Below, one piece after another: positions 54,101 to 64,000 of a stretch of 64,000 nucleotides of DNA. Source of the DNA: Octopus bimaculoides (taxonomy: Eukaryota); contig NC_068986.1 of assembly GCF_001194135.2 (NCBI RefSeq), forward strand, positions 44,654,943 through 44,718,942. The letters run 5' to 3'. A program made the translations under genes and the position numbers. How positions within the stretch are numbered: the first letter of the stretch is position 1; each line of letters opens with the position of its first letter. The notes under the pieces are model-generated. The model was not told the origin of the DNA. It saw nothing but the letters and a program-made list of their open reading frames with translations, and did not search any database.

Positions 54101-57100
54101 CAATATATATAACAGCAGCTAGTGATATTTCAATCTATAGATCAGATACTACTAGTGTTACTATCTATAGACCTCCAACTACTGATGTTACAACCTATAA
54201 ACAAGCTGCTACTAATGTTACTGATATTACAATCTATAAACCCGTAGCTGCTGATGTTTCAATCTATAGATCAGCTGTTACTGATCTTACAATTTATAGA
54301 TCTGCTACAACTAATGTTACAATCTATAAACCAGCTGCTACAGATGTTACAATTTATATGCCAGATGCTACTGATGTTACAATCTATATACCAGCTGCTA
54401 CTGATGTTACAGTCTATACACTAGCTGATTCTTATGCTACTGATGTTGCAATCTATAGATCAAATGCTACTGATGTTACAATCTATAAACCAAATGCTAC
54501 TGATATTACTGATGTTACAATCTATAGACCAGCTGCTACTGATATTACAATCTATAGACCAGCTGCTACTGATGTTACAACCCACAGATCAGTTGTTACA
54601 GATGTTACAATCTATAGACCAGTGGTTACTTATATGTCAACATTTAGAACAATTGTTAAAGATGAAAAGGAATATGGACCAGTTATTACTTCTGATGACA
54701 AAGTAACACATAGATCTGTTGATGGCACATTATATGGAACAGCTATGTATGAGATCACATATAGATCACTTACATTTAATGAGACAAAGTCCAGGTCAAC
54801 TGCCATTGATAAGAAAATATATAAGCCATCATTTGAAACTAATGTTACTGATGATACTGATGAAGACATAAGAACATTAATCACTAGTGACTATGTGTTA
54901 GAAAGTGGTCAAGTTAAAGATTATCTATCAGTTACTTCTGGAGTAATAATGTTTCATTCAATCACTTCAAAGGATACAACATATAGCCCAAATGTTACAG
55001 TCAAAGCAAAATATAAAACAGTTATCACTGATGAAACAATACATGGTACAGTTACCACTGAGGAGGCCACATACAACCTGGTATTGCCTGGTGCAATTGT
55101 TCCTGGTACAATTGTTTCTAGTACAATTGTTTCAAATAAAACAATATCTGGCACAAATGAGACAATATCTGGCACAGTTGCTAAAGATATGATAATAACT
55201 AGCAAAGTTATCGCTGATCAAACTATATCTAGCACAGTTCCTACAGATGAGACAATATCTGGTAAAATGGTTATTAATGAGACAATACATAGTACAGTGA
55301 CTATGGATGAAAGGATAACTGGTTTAGTAACTACAAATAAGATGATATCTGATAAAATTGTCACTAAAGAGACAATACCAGGTACAGTTGTTACTGATGA
55401 AATAATAACTGGCATAGTTGCTAGAGATGAGATAATATCTGGGACAGTGGCTACTGATATGATATCTGGGACTGTTGCTGCAGATGGGATAATACTTGGC
55501 ACAGATGCCACAGATGAAATAATACCTGGTGCAGTAGCTACAGATGAGATAAAACCTGGCACACCGACTACAGGTGAGATAATACTTGGAATACCTACTA
55601 CAGAAGAGATAATAACTAGCATATCTGCTGCAGATGAGACAATACCTGGCATACCTGCAACAGATGAGATAGTACCTGGCATACATGCTACAGATGAGAT
55701 ATCTGGCACATCTGCTATAGATGGGATAATACTTGTTACATCTGCTACAGATAAGATAATATCTAGTACGCCTGCTACAGATGAGATATCTGGCACATCT
55801 GCTACAGATGAAATAAAATTTGGTACATCTGCTACAGATGAGATAATACCTGGAATACCTGCTATAGATGAAATAATACCTGGGACACTTGCTACAAATG
55901 AGATAATATCTGGCACACCTACGAGAGTTAAGATAATATCTAGCACACATGACACAGATGAGACACTACCTGACGTAGTTGCTATGGATGAGACACTCCC
56001 TGCCAAAATTGTTACTAATTACACAGGACGAGACACAGTAGCTACAGATGACATAACATTAGATACAGAGGCTACAAATGAGACAATACCTTATACACTT
56101 GTGGCTGATAAGACAATGCCCATTAAACTTGGTACTGATATGGAAAGCTATGGTACAGTTACTATTCATGAGGCAATGTCTGGTGTAGCAACTACAGATG
56201 AGATGATATCTAGTTCTGGTGACACAAATGAAACAATACAAAGAACAGTTGCTACTGATGAGACAATATTTCACACTGATGTTACTGCTGAGGCAGCAGC
56301 TTCTACACTTGCTCCTGATGACACAACGCAAGGCACAGATGCTGCTGATGAAATAATACTTGGCACAGATGCTACAGATGGTACAACACTTGGAAGTTTT
56401 ACTACTAATGAAGTAACAGCTGGCACAGTTGCTACTGATGAGAAAATGGCAATATCTAGACTAGCTACAATTCAGGAAGCAATATGTTATGCAGTTACTA
56501 CAAATACGATGGCACTTCACACAGATGTTATTTATAAAACAATTCTTGGCACAGCCATTACTGCTTTCACAATATCTGATTGGCTTGTAGCTACAAATGG
56601 AACAATGACTTGTACAGCTGTTACAAATAAAACATTGCCAGGTAGAATTGTTACAGATGAGATAACATCTGGCATAGTTACTACAGATGAGACAATGCCT
56701 AGTACAGTTGCATCAAGTAAGACCAGGCCTGGTACAGTTCTTATGGACGAGATAATACCTGGCATATTTGGTACTGTTGAGAATCTAACTAGCAGAGTTG
56801 TTACTAATCAAACAAGGCACGGTACAGTTGTTACTGATGAAATGCTTCGTGGCACAGCTATGACTAATGTGGCACCACCTGGCATAGCCGTTACTAATGA
56901 GACACTACCTAGCACAGCTGCAACTGATGTTATGCTAGCTCGTACAGCTGTTACTAATGAGGCACTACCTGACACAGTTGTTACTGATGAGATACTACAT
57001 GGCACAGCTGTCACTAATCAGATGCTCCCTGGCACAGCTGTGACTGATGTAATGCTACCTGGCATAGCTGTCACTAATGAGACATTACCTAGTACAGTTG

Positions 57101-60100
57101 TGACTGATGTGATGCTACCTGGCACAGTTGCTACAGATGAGACACTACCTGGCATAGCTGTGACTGATAAGGCACTACCTGGCAAGGCTGTTACTAATGA
57201 GACACTACCTAGCACAGCTATAACTAATGTGATGCTACCTGGCACAGTCGTTTCTGATGATACACTACCTGGCACAGCTGTTATTGATGAGATCCTGCCT
57301 GGCATAGTTGTTACTGATGTGATGCTACCTGGCACAGCTGTGTCTGATGTGATGCTACCTGGCACAATTGTTACTAATGTGACACTACCTGGTACAGCTG
57401 TGACAGAGATACTACCTGGCACAGCTGTTACTGCTGTGATATTACTTGGCATAGCTGTGACTAATGAGACACTACATAGCAAGGCTGTTACTAATGAGAC
57501 ACTACCTAGCACAGCTATGACTGATGTGATACTACCTGGAAAAATTGTTACTAATGGGACACTAACTGGTACAGCTGTGACTGATGAGACACTACCTGGC
57601 ACAGCTATTACTAATGAGACATTACCTAGCACAGCTGTGACTGATGTGATGCTACCTGGCACAGCTGTTACTGATGAGACACTACTTGGCACAGCTGTAA
57701 CTGATAAGACACTACATGGCACAGCTGTTATTAATGAGACACTACCTGGCACAATTATGTCAGAGACACTGTCTGGCACAGCTGTTACTGATATGATACT
57801 ACTTGGCACAGCTGTGATTGATGAGACAGCACCTGGCAAGGCTGTTACAAATGAGACACTACCTAGCACAGCTATGACTGATGTGATACTACCTGACACA
57901 ATTGTTACTGATCAGGCACTACCTGGCACAGCTGTAACTAATGAGACACTATCTGGCACAGCTGTGACAGAGACACTGCTTGGCACAGCTGTTACTGATG
58001 TGATACTACCTGGCACAGCTATGACTGATGAGACACTACCTGGCACAGCTGTAACTAATGAGACACTAGCTGGCACAGCTATGACTGACGTGATGCTATC
58101 TGGCACAGTTGTTTCTGATGAGACACTACTTAGCACTGCTGTTACTGATGAGATACTGCCTGGCAGAGTTGTTACTGATGTGATGCTACCTGGCACAGCT
58201 ATGACTGATCAGACACTACCTGGCACAGCTGTGACTGATGTGATGCTACCTGGCACAGTTGTTACTAATGCAACACTACCTCACACAGATGTGACTGATA
58301 TGAAGCTACGTGGCAGAGCTGTGACTGATGAGACACTAACTGGCATAGCTGTAACTGATCATACACTACTTGGCACAGATGTTACTAATGAGACACTACC
58401 TGACACAGCTGTGACTGATGTGATGCTACCTGGCACAGCTGTAACTGATGAGACACTACCTAGCATAGTTGTGACTGATGAGACACTACATGGTATAGCT
58501 GTTACTAATGAGACACTACCTGGCACAGCTGTTACTAATGAAACACTACCTGGCACAGCAGTTACAGATGTGATGCTGCCTGGTACAGCTGTTACTAATG
58601 AGACACTACCCGGCACAGTTGCTACTGATGAGACACTACCTGGCACAGCTGTGACTGATGAGTCACTACCTGGTGCAGCTGTTACTGATGAGACACCACC
58701 TGGCACAGCTGTTGCTGATGAGATGCTACCTAGCACAGCCATTATTGATAAGACACTACGTGGCACTGTTGATGAAACATTGTCTAGAACAATTAGTATT
58801 GACAAATCAGTATCTAGCATATTTGCTACTGATAAGTTATCACCTGACACAGTTGTTACTAATGGAACACTACTTGATAAATTTGCTGCTGATGAGTCAA
58901 TACTTGGTATAATTGTTGGAGCAATGTCTAGTGCTGCAGTTGTTAGTGATGAGACAATATCCCAACCAATTACTACTGGCACTACAAATGAAACAGTAGA
59001 TTGGCCAGTTGCTACTGTTCAGACAGTCTATTGGCTAGTTGACACAACTAAAGTAATGTTAGAATCATTTGCTAATGATACAACAATAAATGGAACACTT
59101 GCTGTCATTGAAGTCAAATATGGACCATCTACAACTAAAGAAACAATATCCCAATTTGTTACTAGAAAAGAGAAAATTCCTGAACCAATTCACTCTGATG
59201 GGATAACACAACTGAAACGTTCACTTGCTACAACCGAAACATTCTCTAAATCAATTTCTACTGATGAGGCCGTACTTGAAACTGTTTCCACTGACATGGT
59301 AATATATGAATTAGTTTCTACTGATGAAAAGATTCTTGAATCAGTTTCCACTGAGGCAGCAACACTTGAAACAGTGTCTACTGATGAGGTAGTACAAGTA
59401 TCAGCTTCCACTGATGAGGTGATAGACAGATTAGTTTCTACTGGTGTGACAATATATGGATCAACTTCCACTGATACAGAAATAAATGTATTAGCTACTG
59501 TTACTGCTGATACCGTAGTAAGACTATTTTCTGCTAACTGGACCATAATTAGACCAGTCATCACTGATAATACACAAGACAGAAATATTACTATTGAAGG
59601 AAAGGTAGCTAGACAAACTACTATAGTCAGGATGGTTGTCACAGATGAGACAATAACCAAAACAACTGTCTCTGACAGAACAAAATATTATTTAATATCA
59701 ACATCAGTTACAATCATTGATTTAACACAAAAGTCAGTCGTTAGTTATGATGCAAGACACATTGAATCTGCTTGTGATGTAAAATCTCTACGAGTAGATA
59801 CTTCTGGTATAATGTTATCTGGGCCAACGATAACTGAAAAACAACTAACTGAATCATATGAAGACAGTTACACAACAGCTGCACTAGTTGGTGCTTCTGA
59901 TTATATCAGGAGCACTCTAATTATTACTGATTATGGCTTGTACACTACATCACAAAAAGCCATTCTTGTAATGAAATCTATTAAATATAAATCTGATCAA
60001 ACTGCTTTATATAAAATGACTGAAACAATTACAAAAACAGGTGTTACTGACATTCAGAAAAGAATACCACAAATCATCCATTCCAAACTTTTTTCTGATG

Positions 60101-63100
60101 ATGGTATAAATACAACTGTTATTCAAGATAAAGGAATATCAATAACTACTTATTCAAGTCTTTTAGTACCAGATAGCTCAAAGCACTTTATTGATATTAA
60201 AAGCCTCTCTCAAGCTACTGTCAGAGAAAAATATTTAGTTATGACTGAAATTATGGTAACTGTTACCACTGATAGCAGCCAACAAAGCTTTTCACTTCCA
60301 GTCACTGACATTACAAAACTCTTAACTGATTCCAGTGTAAGTATACCATTTATTGATTATATTTTCTCCAAAAGAGTTAGTGAAAAGGTTATCAGAAAAG
60401 AACTGGGATATACTTTATCTATAGATATATTAGATATAAGTAATATCACTAAAACACAACCAACATTCATAAATAAAACTGAATTTAAAATTACAGAAAT
60501 TATATCTGTAGGCTACCAAACTAAAGTAACACCATCACAAAGCAAGGAAATAACAGACTTATTATTTGTAAGTGATATCATAAATGTTGTCACAGACATG
60601 ATAGCAATGTCAACTAATATTTATAGAAATATATCCCATGAACATTATGCTTCAGATACTGGTGGAATCATGATATACAGTAAAGAAACTTCTTCAAGGA
60701 CTAGATCTGATATTCAGACTGTAACAGTGTCATTCCTCATCATACCAACATTTCTAGCAAGACAGTCTAAACTTTATGAAATCTGGATGTCTAGTAGTTT
60801 ACCAACTATATCATCTGCAGCTGCAATGAAAATCACAGCTAATGAAACAGAAACGTATACAAAATTACCAAAAATTAGTAAAACTGTCAAATATTCACAA
60901 GTAAAGAATGTTACTGCATATGAAATCAGCATAAAAGTGATAGAACCAACTTCTATTACAATAACAACACAATTTGATTGTAAAGTAACAGTAGTCAACA
61001 TTAGTTTAACTGAATGTGTAAAAGCTTATAAAACTAAAACTTCTACACCATATCTTGTTCACTTACTCCACACAACTGAGACAACAATCCAAACTTCAGA
61101 AATTACAAATATTAGCACTATAAAGGATCTTTTTATTGAAACCAGAATTCCAACAACCATCCAAACGAATGTAACTACATTGATTTTAGAAGTTAAACAT
61201 TTAACTTCATTTTTGGGAGAAGAACTATCTCATCAGTCACTAACAGACCAATTTGTGACAATGGATTATAAATTGTTTCAGTTCTGTACAGATATTTTAC
61301 CCATTGATAACAAGACAATAGATGGGATTATTGAAGCAGCAACTGCCATTTTAACTAAGATTATACTTGTAACAGTCACACCAAAATCTTTTATTTCAAC
61401 AGATGTAGTTTCGTCTCACAAACTATTTTATTATTTCACAAATGGAACTCTCATAGTACTAAGTCAAACAAAGACAGTGAAACCTATCACTACAGCAACT
61501 AAATTTGAAGATAGCACAGAGATGATAAAAATAAAATATGATTATTTAAGAGAAAGATCAGTGATTAGTAAAGAAACAATGAGTTCAGTTGATAATATAA
61601 CAGAAATCCACTGGACGGAAGCATACAAATCAGCAATAGCAACTGACACAAAACACAAAGATCTTACAATTCTATATATCTTTACATCAACAGAAGAACA
61701 ATTAATTTCTGTGCAATCTGATAGCATATCAAAACAATTAGTTGGTTTGATACAAAAGACAACGATATTGTATGATGGAATTGAAACAATGGTAACTGAA
61801 GAATTCATACCTGAGAAAGAAATCTCAGAAGAGGAAAAAAGTCTTATATTCAAACCAACACATGTAATATATGATGGCAAAATAATTAAAGGAACTATTA
61901 CACCCATCTTAGAGTATTTAAGAACCAAAGTTCAAGACATGGCTATTCCAGTTATACCACAAGTAACATCTACAGATGTTGTAGCAGTTATATTCACACA
62001 AGAGTATGTAACTTTTAAAGATGCATTAACTATTGTATCAATAACAGAAAATATATCAGTAGATATAATATATGTTACTTTTACTCCAGAATATGCATTG
62101 TCTCAAGATATAACATATGTTACATTAGTATCAGATCAAGTAATAATGTCTGATACTTACATACTAGAACATATGTCACCTAGAGATAAAGTAACTAATA
62201 TTTCTACACAAAAATCTGTAACAGATAATGGAACATTTGTGGAAGTTATAACTATCTCAAAGGTATCAGATAATATAATATTTGGAGATAATGTATCTGT
62301 GACACTTACATCAGAATTTTTAACACTTGCAGATACATTAACTATTATTCTTACAACAGAACAGACAACATTTAGAGATACATCATTTATTATTTCTTTA
62401 CCAGAACAAGTAATATCCAGTGATATAACAATAGTTAGTTCTATATCAGAACATATAGCATCTGAAAAATTGGCAAATGTGAGTTCTAGATTAAAGCGAA
62501 TAATGTTTGGATACTTGATAACCAATATTTCTGTGTCAGAATATGCAGCACCTGTTACTTCAGTATCAAGACATATATATGCAACATCTGGGTATGCAAT
62601 CACTACTAGTCCTATATCAGATCATGTAACATTTGGGTATGTAGTAATCACTGTTTCTATACCAGAATATGTTATATCTGAAGTTATAACTGTTAAAACT
62701 ATATCAGATGCTGTAATAACTGAATATGCAATAACTTTCACTTCTCAAACAAAACCTGTAATATCTGAAAATACAACAAACGTTGCTGTTCCAGAATATA
62801 CCCAATCTCCAGATATAATGACTATTATTTCACGTGCTGATAGAGCACTAGGTACCACTAGATTAGAAGTATTAACATCTGAACAACCTGTTGTGGCAGA
62901 AGAGGTAACATTTGAATATGTTGAAGCTGCTAGCTCTATTCTGTATGATGTAATGTCAAGGCTGACTGGTTCTTCTATACTTGAATATGTAACATCTAAG
63001 GATAAGGCATTTGTTACTGTTTCTGTAACAAAGCATATAATGTCTAGTGATAAAGAAACTGTTACTTATTTACCACAATATGCGATATCATCTATAGATG

Positions 63101-64000
63101 GAAAATTTACTATGTCTATAATAAAACCTGTAAATTATACACAAAAATATACAATATACCACCCTACTGAAGTTCTTTTAATATCAGAATATATTACAAC
63201 TAAAGATACAATAACTGTCTCTTCAATACAAAAGAAATTAACATCTGAAGATAGTGCATCAGGCATTTCTATCACATCTAAACAGACAGTAAAATCTGTA
63301 TCTGTTACTTCTATGACAGCACATGTAAGATCTAAGGAGGCTGAAATTCAAAAACCATATGAAGATAAGGTACAATATATTGTACCAGAAATCATAACAG
63401 GTGTGGCAACTAGTTCTGTTATAGAAAAAGCTACTCCAACAGCAGTTGAAGAACTTGTAACATCTAAAGTTCATGTCACTTTTATATGGAGATATAAAGC
63501 ATCAAAAGATACAAGATTAATTATACCTGAATGGAAAAGAATATTTGCCACTGCTGTAACAACTTACAAAATATCCACAGAAACAGAATTCAGTATTTTA
63601 GAATCAGGAGAAATATCATCCACAGATGTAACTGTTAAATCATCTGAAGACAGTATGTTTACAAGTCCTGTATTCAAAACAATTACATTGGTAAAAACAG
63701 ATGGAGATTTTTCAGGTTCCCAGTTTGAAGATAAAGCTACTTTGGACTCTAGACTGAAATATGTAACATCTAAATATATACAAACTATTACTTCTGATTC
63801 AAAATATGTAACATTTGAGGATACAGAAAATATTACTTTTCTACTAGAACACACAGCATATAAAGATTCCACAGTTGTAATATTTAAAATTGTACAAGAT
63901 GGCACTTCCCAACAAAGGCTTAAAACATCTGGTGATACACATATCATTACTCTCATACCTGAACATATAACAACTGAATATTCAATAAATTTTACTCACA
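27067..64000 (+). CDS. Giant mucin-like/structural glycoprotein, part 2 (12,311 codons, open to window end; absent from the ORF track because no stop is reached)
   Basis: Frame begins TTVTPGNTTVTPHNTTDITLSPYG... and ends ...EHITTEYSINFTH at the edge. I hand-checked 27067-27660 and many later lines and found no stop. The ORF track lists no + ORF in this frame after 27086, although any later stop would have produced one. Confidence 0.88.
31681..33030 (+). repeat. Degenerate ~36-bp (11-12 aa) coding repeat, consensus F-N-[HY]-S-I-x-P-x-T, about 38 copies
   Basis: VNHTVIPITNM, INYSIFPVTSVS, FNHTILPKSIVT, FNHSTIPVTSIF, YNHSIVPTTVT, YNHSMFPETTVL, FNHSIIPITTMS. Confidence 0.85.
34528..34629 (+). 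repeat. 42-bp in-frame tandem duplication x2.4
   Basis: SEVTVKMYMTDLGS / SEVTEKMYITDLES / SEVTEK. Confidence 0.85.
46830..48100 (+). repeat. Highly degenerate ~9-aa coding repeat (I-I-T-G-S-x-x-T-D)
   Basis: LLTGSASSLD, IMGSAKS, IINGSMITD, ITTRSWVID, MITGSKDID, FIHGSQSD, VITGSVP. Confidence 0.55.
48240..50600 (+). repeat. Degenerate 30-bp (10-aa) coding repeat, consensus I-S-D-D-V-T-M-E-S-T
   Basis: VFDNITKEST, ISKAVTKESI, LSDNGTMVAV, TSDKLTVKSS, LLGNVTLEST, LIDSITMEFT, ITDDVRKAFT. Confidence 0.75.
51210..52280 (+). repeat. Older, degenerate Tyr-Arg/Lys-Pro decapeptide array
   Basis: VVYKPVVIDV, TIYKLIGSDV, VTYRPDVTGD, ITYKLITTDV, VTYRPVVTGK. Confidence 0.75.
53080..54630 (+). repeat. 30-bp coding minisatellite encoding T-I-Y-[RK]-P-A-A-T-D-V, about 51 copies
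   Basis: DNA unit acaatctatagaccagctgctactgatgtt; three in-frame 9-bp (TDI) insertions near 53821, 54220 and 54500. Confidence 0.95.
55210..58980 (+). repeat. 30-bp coding minisatellite encoding acidic V-T-D-E-T-L-P-G-T-A and variants; homogeneous core ~56800-58760 (about 65 copies)
   Basis: DNA unit gttactgatgagacactacctggcacagct. Subtypes TNETLP, TDVMLP and TDETLP, with occasional 27-bp units. The upstream subarray reads ATDEIISGTP. Confidence 0.95.
59248..59500 (+). repeat. 10-aa coding repeat S-T-D-E-x-x-L-E-T-V, about 8 copies
   Basis: KSISTDEAVL ETVSTDMVIY ELVSTDEKIL ESVSTEAATL ETVSTDEVVQ VSASTDEVID RLVSTGVTIY GSTSTDTEIN. Confidence 0.85.
61995..63470 (+). repeat. Degenerate ~15-aa coding repeat I-S-E-[YH]-V-T-S-x-D-x-I-T-V-S
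   Basis: TQEYVTFKDALTIVS, LPEQVISSDITIVSS, ISEHIASEKLANVSS, ISDHVTFGYVVITVS, IPEYVISEVITVKT, ILEYVTSKDKAFVTVS, ISEYITTKDTITVSS. Confidence 0.7.

Noticed and set aside
53087-54706. + strand MLLMLQSIDQ-type ORFs
   Set aside because: Alternate-frame readings of the 30-bp YRP minisatellite, broken by frequent stops.
53080-58980. CRISPR-like 30-bp periodicity
   Set aside because: Units are head-to-tail with no unique spacers, are in-frame coding, and the context is eukaryotic.
4595-63956. Dozens of minus-strand ORFs (e.g. 55218-56006, 57018-57899, 58359-58982)
   Set aside because: Antisense shadows of the giant ORF. Its repeats and biased codons lack stop complements, and the peptides simply mirror the repeat units.
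4611-64000. Bacterial giant adhesin, viral polyprotein or contamination
   Set aside because: Contiguous with animal SINE, LINE, MITE and microsatellites and a spliceosomal acceptor; no protease, polymerase or LPXTG-type motifs recognised.
4611-64000. Naming it MUC16, MUC5AC, titin or similar
   Set aside because: Only compositional resemblance; no SEA, VWD, CysD, Ig or Fn3 domains recognised, so no gene symbol is justified.

Overview
AT-rich eukaryotic genomic DNA, most likely octopus/cephalopod, judged from a SINE I recognise from memory. The first ~4.6 kb is intron-like or intergenic. It holds microsatellites, an assembly gap, a truncated CR1/L2-type LINE, a tRNA-derived SINE and a TTAA-flanked MITE. 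From ~4.6 kb to the window end (~59.4 kb) the + strand is one uninterrupted, apparently intronless reading frame of at least ~19,700 codons. The ORF track shows only the first 7,491 aa. Its stop at 27084-27086 appears to be an artefact of a 354-N gap inside a 21-bp tandem repeat. After the gap the frame shifts by one base and stays open for 12,311 codons to the window edge. The product looks like a giant secreted Ser/Thr/Ile/Val-rich mucin-like or structural glycoprotein. Order of modules: probable signal peptide behind a splice acceptor, alpha/beta (possibly VWA-like) N-domain, furin site, unusual 19-aa Cys-periodic beta-strand repeat, 98-aa polycationic block, then peptide-repeat arrays of different ages. 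These arrays are the VPQI motif, 7-aa and 12-aa N-glycosylation-sequon arrays, a Tyr-Arg/Lys-Pro decapeptide array, an acidic TDETLPGTAV decapeptide array and a 15-aa array. No gene symbol can be assigned, the C-terminus lies beyond the window, and function is inference only.
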